A stretch of DNA of 64,000 bases from Eledone cirrhosa (taxonomy: Eukaryota), in assembly GCA_964016885.1 (NCBI GenBank), contig OZ024766.1:1-64000 (forward strand), written 5' to 3'. Of this stretch, positions 14,898 to 29,024 are shown piece by piece. Within the stretch, counting starts at the first letter, position 1. Each line of letters opens with the position of its first letter. The position numbers and the translations under genes are program-made. A model generated the notes under the pieces. That model worked only from the letters and a program-made list of their open reading frames with translations, searched no databases and was not told the DNA's origin.

Positions 14898-15120
14898 GTA
14901 CTTGGGTTGGTATGATTGACTAAATCAAGGCAGTGCCCCAGCATGGTCACAGTCTAGTGACTGAAACCAGTAAAACAGTACTGGGGTTGATATGATTGAC
15001 TAAATCAAGGCAGTGCCCCAGTATGGCCACAGTCTAGTGACTGAAACCAGTACACCAGTACTGGGGTTGATATGATTGACTAAATCAAGGCAGTGCCCCA
15101 GTATGGCCACAGTCTAGTGA
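14898..15120 (+). repeat. 79-bp unit x3, probably a SINE 3' tail
   Basis: AAGGCAGTGCCCCAG(C/T)ATGG(C/T)CACAGTCTAGTGA repeated; a reverse relative lies at about 57165-57210. Confidence 0.8.
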
Positions 15121-15212
15121 TACATGACATACCGGGTATAAATACAGGGTATAAATATTGAGTTTTGTCATAAGTTAATCACTACCATGTCAGGGTATGT
15201 CATGTATCATTT

Positions 15213-15279
15213 TATTTTATCTGATGAGGACGTACTGTTGAACGTAACTCAGTACCTCTGAAATATGTATAATAAAATA
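15213..15279 (+). ncRNA. Minimal hammerhead ribozyme motif
   Basis: TATTTTAT-CTGATGA-GGACGTACTG...CAGTACCTCT-GAAA-TATGTATA-ATAAAATA, preceded by the 16-bp inverted repeat TGATACATGACATACC. Confidence 0.7.
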
Positions 15280-15319
15280 TAATTGATCACAAGAATATCT
15301 ATTTTGTTAATATTTTGAA

Positions 15320-15364
<45 letters not shown>

Positions 15365-15365
<1 letters not shown>

Positions 15366-16045
15366 GTCGGGTCACTGTTGAGTGCTATTGGTAACATGTA
15401 ACCCAGTATAACCTGTCGCATGGTCGGGTCGTCGGCGACTAAACCGGCAACCCCACCAAGTTTACTTGGTGAGGAGGGTGATTTTGGACACCCCGCAGGA
15501 CAAAAAACAAAACCTGACAAAGGGCGGAAGAACTCGTAAGAGTCAACGGCCATCCAAAAGTGTGTAAATATGTATATAGACATGTACTGCGGGGTTAAAC
15601 CACTGGGAGTGAAGGACCCCTAGCGTTTGTCAGGGCATTCTTCTAGGGGAAGGCAACTCAGGAAACTGGGATAACTCCGACATAAAACAGAAGTATGTAT
15701 GTAATAGAAATAGTCGGGCTGGGTACCCGATCTCGCAGTTAAACCACTGGGAGTGAAGGACCCCTAGCCTTTGTCAGGGCATTCTTCTAGGAGAAGGCAA
15801 CTCAGGAAACTGGGATAACTCCGACATAAAACCTGCAGCTCAGTAGTTACCGATGATGATGATCTTTTCTTCTTTCCGGGTTATAGCTACTGTCTCTCAG
15901 AGAGTGGGATTGGCTCAGTGCACAGTCTTTCCTCACTTTAACAAATATCTTCACGCACAGGCATTGCACAATAGAATTAGTTAATAATTATTGATAATGG
16001 TATATCGTGCAATGGCCATACTCGATAACGAGGGGGCAGCCATCA
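15365..16045 (+). mobile_element. Non-autonomous bipartite RTE derivative (5' UTR fused to the 3' tail)
   Basis: The 5' part matches the UTR at 53760-54090; it ends GGCCATACTCGATAACGAGGGGGCAGCCATC like the RTE 3' ends in the 23-30 kb array. Internal duplication 15594-15690/15738-15832. Confidence 0.7.
15370..15447 (+). ncRNA. Degenerate HDV-like ribozyme at the RTE 5' end
   Basis: P1 GGTCAC/ATGGTC, P2 CCAGT/ACCGG, L3 ACCTGT with CC:GG P1.1, P4 TCG-TCGG-CGA, catalytic C then TAA; P3 mismatched. Confidence 0.45.
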
Positions 16046-16047
16046 TG

Positions 16048-16078
<31 letters not shown>

Positions 16079-16242
16079 GGGGATGGTGTTGTATGATGGA
16101 GGGAGTGGTGTCATGCTAGAGGAGAGGGTAAGGTGGTGAGGTGCGGCTGTGGTGGTGGTGGTGGAGGGGAGAGGGTGGGGGTCTTGTTTGGTGTTTTTTT
16201 TTTCTTTGATTAGCAGAGAGGAATTTTAATGAAAACATGTCT

Positions 16243-16273
<31 letters not shown>

Positions 16274-16326
16274 CATACATATATGTAGATAGATATATAC
16301 ACACACATATATATAGATATAGATAT

Positions 16327-16360
<34 letters not shown>

Positions 16361-16398
16361 GTGGATATATACACATATATATATATAAATGGATATAT

Positions 16399-16443
<45 letters not shown>

Positions 16444-16570
16444 TATATATATATATACACACATATATAGATATATACACATATATATATATAGATATAT
16501 ACACACATATATATAGATATATACACACATATATATAGATATATACACACATATATATATATATATACAC

Positions 16571-16603
<33 letters not shown>

Positions 16604-16715
16604 TATATATAGAGATATATACACATATATATAGATATATACACACACACATATATATAGAGAGAGAGAGATACATATAAATAAATACATACATACACAT
16701 ACACACATATATATA

Positions 16716-16760
<45 letters not shown>

Positions 16761-17072
16761 GTACATACATGCGTGTGTGTGAAGGGGGGGAGGCATATAT
16801 CGTGTGTGAATGTTGATTTTTCCACCCAAAGAAACCCGCAGTGGGTATAGACCTGGGGTGGGGGAGAAGGCCGGTATTTTAGTTTTTTGGCTCCTTAATT
16901 GCAAGTTAGTTTTTCTTGGAACACCTCTACCCCCTTCTCTACCTCCCCCACCCATCACCCCTCCCCCACCCATCACCCCTCCTCGCCACCCTACCCCCCT
17001 CTCCGCTTGCCGACGAAAGCCTTCTCTTATTCTCTCCGTCTCATTCCCCACCACCAGACATGTTGTACATAT

Positions 17073-17104
<32 letters not shown>

Positions 17105-17347
17105 GTGTGTATATATATGTATATATATATATATATGTGTATGTATGTATATATATATATATATATATATACATATATGTGTGTAAGTATATATATATAT
17201 ATATATATACATATATGTGTGTGTATGTATATATATATATATATATATTTATATATACATATATATGTATATACACTTATGAGTGGATATATATATATAT
17301 ATATCCACTCACACATATACTCAAGCATGCATATACACATGTCCATG

Positions 17348-17387
<40 letters not shown>

Positions 17388-17388
<1 letters not shown>

Positions 17389-18049
17389 GAATTAGAGATA
17401 AGAGGGATCAGATGTTGTTTACTCGAGAGAAGGCTACGTTGGTATGGACACGTGATGCGCATGAAAGTCGATAGCTGTATAACAAAGTGCAGGGCAATAA
17501 AGATAGACGGTAGTCACGGAATAGGCAGACCTAGAAAAACCTGGGACGAGCTGATAAACTCCGACATCACACACTTACACCTCTCCAAGACAATGTCACT
17601 GGACCGAGACCTTTGGCGGTACTCAGTAACAGAGAAGACCCGCCTTACCTAAATATATAGTAAAACCTACTCCAGCCAGTAGGCATCCCTAACAAAATAC
17701 ACCCCGTCCCACCACCACCACCCCCACCCCATCCACACCACCCCGTTCTATGTAAAGTTATGTTGGTGCCGCGCCTTCGAGGCCGAAACAAATGAGATCG
17801 TGTAGGTGTCACGACAAAAAAACACACAGTCCACGCTGTAATGTGGCCGTGTAGGCAACACGGTAAAAACCTCCCAGACCCACACTGTAAATGTGGTTGG
17901 TGTTAGGAAGGGCATCCAACTGTAGAAAACCCGCCAGACAGTCCTATGCGAGCAAGACAATCACTCTTGCCTCAAGTGGGACTACCCCCGTCCAAACCCA
18001 TGCAAGCGTGGAACACGGACGTTAAACGTTGATGATGATGATGATGATG
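17388..18049 (+). mobile_element. LINE 3' end (ORF C-terminus, 3' UTR, (ATG)n tail)
   Basis: [12 protein letters not shown]...GRPRKTW...DRDLWR, then a UTR ending GGACGTTAAACG(TT)GATGATG. Confidence 0.85.
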
Positions 18050-18064
18050 AATGTCAGTGTATAG

Positions 18065-18102
<38 letters not shown>

Positions 18103-18321
18103 GCATATCCATATATACGTAAATATATACATATATATATAGACTGACATACGTTCATCTATCCACATAAACACATATATACATACACTTATACATACAT
18201 ACACACATATATAAACCTATATACGTATATACACAGATACATACATATATACATGTGTGTGGACATATATATATATATATATATACATACAGACATATAT
18301 ATATGCATGCATATATATATG

Positions 18322-18356
<35 letters not shown>

Positions 18357-18372
18357 GTATATATATATATGT

Positions 18373-18420
<48 letters not shown>

Positions 18421-18421
18421 G

Positions 18422-18452
<31 letters not shown>

Positions 18453-18541
18453 GTATGTATATATATATATATGTATGTATATATATATATATATGTATGT
18501 ATATATATATATATGTATGTATATATATATATATATGTATG

Positions 18542-18572
<31 letters not shown>

Positions 18573-18605
18573 ATATATATGTATATATATATATATATAT
18601 GTATG

Positions 18606-18639
<34 letters not shown>

Positions 18640-18780
18640 GACTTATATACATATATATATATATATATATACACACCAGATCTCATGCAGCTTTATAGAA
18701 ACATAGTACATGATAGCTTCAGTGTAATGGTGTGATGTTATGGTATTTAAATTCGTGTTTCTGGAGTTTCTTGTGTGTGC

Positions 18781-18813
<33 letters not shown>

Positions 18814-18934
18814 AGTGTGAATATACATCTCTATGTATGTGTATGTATATATGTGTGCGTATATATATATATATATATATATGTATATGTATCTATGTAT
18901 GTGTGTGTCTGACTTTCACAGAATTGACAATAAG

Positions 18935-20390
18935 CTTTTTTCTTCTGCCAGGAGTCATGGCTGACAGACCGACAGATAGTATCAACAATGGAAAGACCAA
19001 TGGGGACATTGTTTCCTTGATCTGATCTGATGATCAGCTCCTTTCTTCTGCCAGGGGTTGTGACCGACAGATAGTATCAGCAATGGAGAGACCAATAGAC
19101 ACATTGTTTCCTTGGTCTGATCTGATGATCAGCTCCTTTCTTCTGCCAGGAGTTGTAACCAACAGATAGTATCAGCAATGGAGAGACCAATGGACACATT
19201 GTTTCCTTGGTCTGATCTGATGATCAGCTCCTTTCTTCTGCCAGGAGTTGTAACCAACAGATAGTATCAACAATGGAAAGACCAATGGACACATTGTTTC
19301 CTTGGTCTGATCTGATGATCAGCTCCTTTCTTCTGCCAGGAGTTGTAACCAACAGATAGTATCAGCAATGGAGAGACCAATGGACACATTGTTTCCTTGG
19401 TCTGATCTGATGATCAGCTCCTTTCTTCTGCCAGGAGTTGTAACCAACAGATAGTATCAGCAATGGAAAGACCAATGGAGACATTGTTTCCTTGGTCTGA
19501 TCTGATGATCAGCTCCTTTCTTCTGCCAGGAGTTGTAACCAACAGATAGTATCAGTAATGGAAAGACCAATGGAGACATTGTTTCCTTGGTCTGATCTGA
19601 TGATCAGCTCCTTTCTTCTGCCAGGAGTTGTAACCAACAGATAGTATCAGTAATGGAAAGACCAATGGAGACATTGTTTCCTTGGTCTGATCTGATGATC
19701 AGCTCCTTTCTTCTGCCAGGAGTTGTGACCAACAGATAGTATCAGCAATGGAAAGACCAATGGAGACATTGTTTCCTTGGTCTGATCTGATGATCAGCTC
19801 CTTTCTTCTGCCAGGAGTTGTGACCAACAGATAGTATCAGCAATGGAAAGACCAATGGAGACATTGTTTCCTTGGTCTGATCTGATGATCAGCTCCTTTC
19901 TTCTGCCAGGAGTTGTGACCAACAGATAGTATCAGCAATGGAAAGACCAATGGAGACATTGTTTCCTTGGTCTGATCTGATGATCAGCTCCTTTCTTCTG
20001 CCAGGAGTTGTGACCAACAGATAGTATCAGCAATGGAAAGACCAATGGAGACATTGTTTCCTTGGTCTGATCTGATGATCAGCTCCTTTCTTCTGCCAGG
20101 AGTTGTGACCAACAGATAGTATCAGCAATGGAAAGACCAATGGAGACATTGTTTCCTTGGTCTGATCTGATGATCAGCTCCTTTCTTCTGCCAGGAGTTG
20201 TGACCAACAGATAGTATCAGCAATGGAAAGACCAATGGAGACATTGTTTCCTTGGTCTGATCTGATGATCAGCTCCTTTCTTCTGCCAGGAGTTGTGACC
20301 AACAGATAGTATCAGCAATGGAAAGACCAATGGAGACATTGTTTCCTTGGTCTGATCTGATGATCAGCACCTTTCTTCTGCCAGGGGTTG
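18935..20390 (+). repeat. 95-bp satellite, about 15 copies
   Basis: TCTGATCTGATGATCAGCTCC at 19021, 19116, 19211 ... 20351. Confidence 0.97.
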
Positions 20391-21107
20391 TAATAGTAAC
20401 AGCAAAGACATGTCCTACATATATGATTAATGTAGTAGTAGTAGTGGTAGTAGCGGTAGTAGTAGTGGTGGTAGTAGTTACAGCAGTAGTAGTGGTAGTA
20501 ATAGTAGTAGGTGTGGTAGTGTAGTGGTGGTGGTGGGGTAGTGGTGATGGTGATGGTCGTGTAGTGGTGGTAGTGGTCATGTAGTGGTGTTGTGGTTGTG
20601 GTGGTGGGGTAGTGGTGCTGGTGGTGGTGGTGGTCATGTTGTGGTGGTGGCGGTGGTGTAGTGGTGGTGGTCGTGTAGTGTGGTGGTGGCGGTGATGTAG
20701 TGGTGGTGGTCGTGTAGTGGTGGTGGCGGTGGTGTAGTGGTAGCAGTGGTGGACGTGTAGTAGTGGTGGTCGTGGTCGTGTAGTGGTGGTGGTCGTGTAG
20801 AGGTGGTGGTGGTCGTCGTGTAGTGGTGGTGGCGGTGGTGTGTAGCGTCACTCAGCCTAGATATAATGTTTGGTTTACCGCTCAGCTGTCAGTACTTGTG
20901 ATGGTGGTGGGAGGGGCGGGGGGGACCTTAGTGGTGGTAGTGCTGGTGGGAAGGGGGTGAGGTGGGTGTCTTAGTGTTTGGTTTTAGTGGTGGGACATGG
21001 GTGGGGGTCTTAGTGGGGGTGGGATGAGGGTATGTGTATGGTGGGGTGCGTGGGTACTGCCGGTAGCTTGAGGTGGTGGTGGTGGTATGGGTGTTTGATA
21101 GATAAAC

Positions 21108-21615
21108 ACAGACAGACAGACAGGCAGAGAGAGAGAGAGGCAGGTAGACAGACAGACAGAGAAGCAGGCAGACAGACAGAGAGGCAGAGAGAGAGAGGCA
21201 GGCAGACAGACAGACAGAGAAGCAGGCAGACAGACAGAGAGGCAGAGAGAGAGAGAGGCAGGCAGAGAGAGAGAGAGGCAGGCAGACAGAGAGGCAGGCA
21301 GAGAGACAGAGAGGCAGGCAGGCAGACAGAGAGGCAGAGAGACAGACAGAGAGGCAGAGAGAGAGAGAGGCAGGCAGACAGAGAGGCAGGCAGAGAGACA
21401 GAGAGGCAGAGAGACAGACAGAGAGGCAGAGAGAGAGAGAGGCAGGCAGACAGAGAGGCAGGCAGGCAGAGAGACAGAGAGGCAGAGAGACAGACAGAGA
21501 GGCAGGCAGGCAGACAGAGAGGCAGAGAGACAGACAGAGAGGCAGAGAGAGAGAGAGGCAGGCAGACAGAGAGGCAGGCAGAGAGACAGAGAGGCAGAGA
21601 GACAGACAGAGAGGC

Positions 21616-21654
<39 letters not shown>

Positions 21655-21658
21655 TAGA
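21108..21658. repeat. Compound (GACA)/(GGCA)/(GA) purine-rich microsatellite
   Basis: Direct inspection. Confidence 0.95.
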
Positions 21659-22884
21659 TATATTTCTTTATTAGCCACAAGGGCTCACAAGAAAAGGGAA
21701 CAATACAAAGACACATGCCGGGTATTTTAGATAAAGTCGTGTAAAAAATATATTGAAACAAACAAATATAACAATCGAAATCCCCCAATAGGGGGCAGGG
21801 CAGGCGTTACAAATGGGTTGTTTAATACCCCGTAGATAGAACAACCCTCAACTCCAGGTAAATAGATAGATAGGTAGATAGATATGTTGAAGGGGTTCTT
21901 ATATCCCGGGGCGTGGAACCTGTAAGCCATCAAATAAAGTACGTTTTGGCTGTCCCCTAAAATTGATACAAAAGTCATGCAATAAACTCCCTATAAAAGG
22001 TCTCAGCAATGCCATAAACGGAAGTCTCACAAAGGCCCCGAACTCTGGATAAAAGGCTGTTGTATGTATCTATGTGTATGTGTGTGTGTATATATATGTG
22101 TATGTGTATATATATGTACATATATATATATATATATATATGTACATATATATGTATGCATATATATGTATATATGTAGATATGTGTTTGTGTTTGAGCT
22201 GCATGTATACATGTATGTGTATATGTTTGTATGTGTATATCTATGTGTGTATATATATATATATATATACACATACAAACATATACACATACATGTATAC
22301 AGCTTTGTATGTCTATGTATTTTAATGTGTGTGTATATATATGTGTGTGTGTATACACACAAAAAGATATATGCATAGTTATACATACATATATATATAT
22401 ATATATATACGTATCTTTTTATATATATATATATCTTTTTATGTGTGTGTATATATATATATATATATACACATAAAAACACACACACACATCACACACT
22501 CGCACACACACACATTAAAATACATAGACATACAAAGCTGGCACATGAGGTGGAGGTGACAGACGTGTGAAGGGGTGTAGCAATGTCGCGCAATGCTGTT
22601 AGAGACAGGAAATAGTGACATGCTGTTCTTAGTTATTAACACTCTGTTGTGATATGTGACTAGTTTTAATAGCCATCCGCCAAGTGGAAGTTTTCCCACC
22701 GTTCATCTCTCGTTTTATTGACATTCTGCTAGACCGGGGACAGTCGATAACGGGGGCTGATTTAGGCACAAGGCCAGTAATTTGTTGGGGAGGGCGAAAA
22801 TCGATTGAATCGATCGCAGTGCATTACTGGTACTATATTTTATCGAAGGAAACAGTTCTAGTCCTGTAGAAGCCATTTCTGTAT

Positions 22885-22945
<61 letters not shown>

Positions 22946-23122
22946 TTGTTTGTGGAGGCATGTGGCTGAGTGGTAAGATAAATATGCAAGTGTAGTGTTT
23001 GTACCAGAGTGTTCAAGTCGCTGGCTGGACTGAAAAGTCACATTCGTTCAGCGCATCGGTAGGGGTTCTCCTACATGGATATAAAGTAGTGGCCGTACTC
23101 GAAAACGAGTTGGCAGCCACCA

Positions 23123-23288
23123 TATATATAGATGTATGTATATATATTTATATATATATATATAGTAATAATAAATGTGAAGACTAAAACCCAAAGAGGT
23201 CTCGATAACGATAAAGATAAATCGAATATATATACATATATATATATATGTATGTATGTATATATATATGTATGTATGTATGTATGTA

Positions 23289-23360
<72 letters not shown>

Positions 23361-24417
23361 TATATATACACATCTATAAATATAAAATAAACACATTGTA
23401 AATTATTCCTACTACGGCAGTTCGATATCGAACCTCTCACCTCGCTACGAAACAATAAATACCCAATACTCCTACCAACGAAGCTACCAGAAAACTTGCT
23501 GTAAATTTTATATATTTAAAGTATTAAAAACCTTAAATTTATTTATTTAATTATAAATACGGTAAGTCTAGAGACAGAAGATAAATAAAACTTCAAAATA
23601 ATCATAATATCCGACATTGTTTTGAGAATAATAGTGTAAACAATTGACACCGGTTTAGGGGTTCCACGTAACCCTTGCCCTCTAAATATTAAATTATTAG
23701 TAATAAAAACACGAATTCCCTTCGTCGCAACCGACGGAGTGTCACACTCTCTCTGTATTTATATATATATATGTTAAGTAATTTGTGTTAAATAATTATA
23801 TATATATATATTATTATATATATATTATAAGAACAGGTTAAAATTTAAGTTAAGAATCGCTGCTTTCACGCTTAACGTGATTCAATCATCAAACATAAAA
23901 AAGCCAAGAAACTTTTTTGCGATTAAGTAAAGAGGGTAATGGCTGAATTTTTTATTTTTTAACGACCGCAATTTTTTAAAATTTCTTTCCCCCCATCTTG
24001 TTCCTTGTTTGGTATTAATGAATAAATATGAAATAATTAACTAATTTATTGCACACCTCTCTTTAATCTGAACATCAAGTCACCATGGGAGCGAGAGGGC
24101 AAGGATTACGTGGAACCCTTAAACCGGTGTCAATTTTTTACACTATTATTCTCAAAACAATGTCGGATATTATGATTATTTTGAAGTTTTATTTATCTTC
24201 TATCTCTACACTTTCCGTATTTATAATTAAATAAATAAATTTAAGGTTTTAAATACTTTAAATATATAAAATTTACAGCAAGTTTTCTGGTAGCTTCGTT
24301 GGTAGGAGTAATGGGTATTTATTGTTTCGTAGCGAGGTGAGAGGTTCAATATCGAACTGCCGTAGTAGGAATAAGTTACAATGTGTTTATTTTATATATA
24401 TAGATGTGTATATATAT

Positions 24418-24486
<69 letters not shown>

Positions 24487-24654
24487 CGTACATACATACA
24501 TATATATATACATACATACATATATATATATGTATTCGATATATATTTATCTTTATCGTTATCGAGACCTCTTTGGATTTTAGTCTTCACATTTATTATT
24601 ACTATATGTATATAAATATATATATTCGTATATATATAAATATATATACATACA
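23123..24654. mobile_element. Foldback/large MITE-like element with inverted arms over 500 bp and a non-coding core (second full copy about 26630-28362)
   Basis: Arm 23123-23683 is the reverse complement of 24094-24654; no ORF; a diverged partial relative lies at about 56274-56460. Confidence 0.65.
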
Positions 24655-24745
24655 ATGGAAAAATTTGAACAGGAACAAAACAGAGAGGCAGTACAACGAA
24701 TGTTTATTAATTTCACGCTCTGGAGAGTGGGGTGGGGGGTGGGGA

Positions 24746-24777
24746 ACGACGTTTCGGGCATAAGCCCTTCCTCAGGT
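24746..24777 (-). ncRNA. Minimal PLE-type hammerhead motif (another copy at 28459-28490)
   Basis: Reverse complement CTGAGGAAGGGC-TTAT-GCCC-GAAACGTC. Confidence 0.55.
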
Positions 24778-25308
24778 GAGAAGTGTGTGGGAACAGAGTT
24801 CAAAGGGTGTGTAGGGGAGTGGTGGAGAGACATATAGCGAAAGGAAACGGTGCGAATGAAATTAAAAATAAAAATAAAAATAAAAATAAAGCATGGTACC
24901 ATGGGCCCAGCACTATGTATCAATAAATGTCACAAGTGTACTGTTTGTACCAGAGTTTTCAAGGCGCTGGCTGGACTGAAAAGTCACACTCGTTCAGCGC
25001 ATCGGAAGGGGTTCTTCTACATGGATATAAAGTAGTGGCCGTACTCGAAAACGAGTTGGCAGCCACCATATATATAGATGTATGTATATATATTTATATA
25101 TATACGAATATATATATTTATATACATATAGTAATAATAAATATGAAGACTAAAATCCAAAGAGGTCTCGATAACGATAAAGATAAATATATATCGAATA
25201 CATATATATATATGTATGCATGTATATATGTATGTATGTATGTATATATGTACGTATGTATATATATATATATATATATGTATGTATATATGTATGTATG
25301 TATGTATA

Positions 25309-25354
<46 letters not shown>

Positions 25355-26913
25355 TATATATAAAATAAACACATTGTAAATTATTCCTACTACGGCAGTT
25401 CGATATTGAACCTCTCACCTCGCTACGAAACAATAAATACCCATTACTCCTACCAACGAAGCTACCAGAAAACTTGCTATAAATTTTATATATTTAAAGT
25501 ATTAAAAACCTTAAATTAATTTATTTAATTATAAATACGGAAAGTGTAGAGACAGAAGATAAATAAAACTTCAAAATAATCATAATATCCGACATTGTTT
25601 TGAGAATAATATTGTAAACAATTGACACCGGTTTAGGGGTCCACGTAACCTTTGCCCTCTCGCTCCCATGGTGACTTGATGTTCAGATTAAAGAGAGGTG
25701 TGCAATAAATTAGTTAATTATTTCATATTTATTCATTAATACCAAACAAGGAACAAGATGGCGGGAAAGAAATTTAAAAAAATTACGTTCGTTAAAAAAA
25801 AAAAATTCAGCCATTACCCTCCCATGATGCAACAGTAGAGGTAAATACTTTGACGATTTAGCGACATCAGTTCCCCAGATTTCTCTCAGCCGAAATCTCA
25901 AGAACGATAACTCTGTCTTTACTTATTCGCAAAAATGGGTGCAAAAAAAGTTTCAGCTGACTTTTTTATGTTTGATGATTGAATCACGTTAAGCGTGAAA
26001 GCAGCGATTCTTAACTTAAATTTTAATCCGTTCTTATAATATATATATATATAACATAAATTACTTTACATATATATATATAAATACAGAGAGAGTGTGG
26101 CACTCCGTCGGTTACGACGAAGGGAATTCGTGTTTTTATTACTAATGATTGACTATGTATGTATGTATGTATGTATGTGTATATATATATATATATATGT
26201 ATGTATATATATACATACATATCCGGGAGAGATGACCCCTTAGCCTTTGTCAAGTCTGAATTCTAGGAGAAGGAAAACTTTGATATAACATCTGCAACCC
26301 TTATGGTATCCAATGATGTTGACTTGTTCTTTTTGGTAAATATCATCTTGGTTAAGAGAGTGGGGCTGGCTTTGTGCAGTGCCTTTGCTCACTATAAAAG
26401 CTTCACGGCACAGGCATTGCTTTATATCTGGAGATCTCTCTGCACTTGTCGTCACATGGTACCAGCACTATATGTCAATAATTGTCACAAGTGTAGTGTT
26501 TGTACCAGAGTTTTCATGTCGCTGGCTGGACTAAAAAGTCACACTCGTTCAGCGCATCGGAAGGGGTTCTTCTACATGGATATAAAGTAGTGGCCGTACT
26601 CGAAAACGAGTTGGCAGCCACCATATATAGATGTATGTATATATATTTATATATATACGAATATATATATTTATATATATATATATAGTAATAATAAATG
26701 TGAAGACTAAAATCCAAAGAGGTCTCGATAACGATAAATAAATATCGAATATATATATATCTGTATGTATGTATGTATGTATGTATGTATGTATGTATGT
26801 ATGTATGTATGTATGTATGTATGTATGTATGTATGTATGTATGTACGTACGTACGTACGTACGTACGTACGTACGTACGTATGTATGTATGTATGTATAT
26901 ATATGTATGTATG

Positions 26914-26949
<36 letters not shown>

Positions 26950-26987
26950 TGTATGTATATATATGTATGTATGTACATATATGTATG

Positions 26988-27020
<33 letters not shown>

Positions 27021-28989
27021 CTATATATATAAAATAAACACATTGTAACTTATTCCTACTACGGCAGTTCGATATTGAACCTCTCACCTCGTTACGAAAC
27101 AATAAATACCCATTACTCCTACCAACGAAGCTACCAGAAAACTTGCTGTAAATTTTATATATTTAAAGTATTAAAAACCTTAAATTTATTTATTTAATTA
27201 TAAATACGGAAAGTGTAGAGACAGAAGATAAATAAAACTTCAAATAATCATAATATCCGACATCGTTTTGAGAATAATAGTGTAAAATTGACACCGGTTT
27301 AGGGGTCCCACGTAACCCTTGCCCTCTAAATATTTAATCATTAGTAATAAAAACACGAATTCCCTTCGTCGCAACCGACGGAGTGCCACGCTCTCTCTGT
27401 ATTTATATATATATATGTTAAGTAGTTTGTGTTAAATAATTATATATATATATATTATTATATATATATTATAAGAACAGGTTAAAATTTAAGTTAAGAA
27501 TCGCAGCTTTCACGCTTAACGTGATTCAATCATCAAACATAAAAAAGCCAAGAAACTTTTTTGCACCCATTTTTGCGATTAAGTAAAGACAGAGTTATCG
27601 TTCTTGAGATTTCGGCTGAGAGAAATCTGGGGAACTGATGTCGCTAAATCGTCAAAGTATTTACCTCTACTGTTGCATCATGGGAGGGTAATGGCTGAAT
27701 TTTTTTTTTTTTAACAACCGCAATTTTTTAAATTTCTGTCCCGCCATCTTGTTCCTTGTTTGTTATTAATGAATAAATATCAAATAATTAATTAATTTAT
27801 TGCACACCTCTCTTTAATCTGAACATCAAGTTACCATGGGAACGAGAGGGCAAGGGTTACGTGAAACCCCTAAACCGGTGTCAATTGTTTACACTATTAT
27901 TCTCAAAACAATGTCAGATATTATGATTATTTTCAAGTTTTATTTATCTTCTGTCTCTACACCTTCCGTATTTATAATTGAATAAATAAATTTAAGGTTT
28001 TTAATACTTTAAATATATAAAATTTACAGCAAGTTTTCTGGTAGCTTCGTTGGTAGGAGTAATGGGTATTTATTGTTTCGTAACGAGGTGAGAGGTTCGA
28101 TATCGAACTGCCGTAGTAGGAATAAGTTACAATGTGTTTATTTTATATATATAGATGTGTATATATATATATATATATATACACATATATATACATACGT
28201 ACATACATATATATATACATACATACATATATATATATGTATTCGATATATATTTATCTTTATCGTTATCGAGACCTCTTTGGATTTTAGTCTTCACATT
28301 TATTATTACTATATGTATATAAATATATATATAGTCGTATATATATAAATATATATACATACAATGGAAAAATTTGAACAGGAACAAAACAGAGAGGCAG
28401 TACAACGAATGTTTATTAATTTCACGCTCTGGAGAGTGGGGTGGGGTGGGGGTGGGGAACGACGTTTCTGGCATAAGCCCTTCCTCAGGTGAGAAGTGTG
28501 TGGGAACAGAGTTCAAAGGGTGTGTAGGGGAGTGGTGGAGAGACATATAGCGAAAGGAAACGGTGCGAATGAAATTAAAAATAAAAATAAAGCATGGTAC
28601 CATGGGCCCAGCACTATGTATCAATAAATGTCACAAGTGTACTGTTTGTACCAGAGTTTTCAAGGCGCTGGCTGGACTGAAAAGTCACACTCGTTCAGCG
28701 CATCGCTAGGGGTTCTCCTACATGGATATAAAGTAGTGGCCGTACTCGAAAACGAGTTGGCAGCCACCATATATATAGATGTATGTATATATATTTATAT
28801 ATATACGAATATATATATTTATATACATATAGTAATAATAAATGTGAAGACTAAAATCCAAAGAGGTCTCGATAACGATAAAGATAAATATATATCGAAT
28901 ACATATATATATATGTATGTATATATGTATGTATGTACGTATGTATATATATATATGTATGTATATATGTATGTATATATGTATGTATG

Positions 28990-29024
<35 letters not shown>

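Noticed and set aside
18935-20390. Regular arrays (also 10303-11408, 51530-52695, 58504-59148) as CRISPR
   Set aside because: Head-to-tail units with no unique spacers, no cas genes, eukaryotic context.
24850-25035. C2H2 zinc-finger gene (also 26303-26590)
   Set aside because: A single finger at an RTE ORF C-terminus followed by the element's 3' tail; repeated debris.
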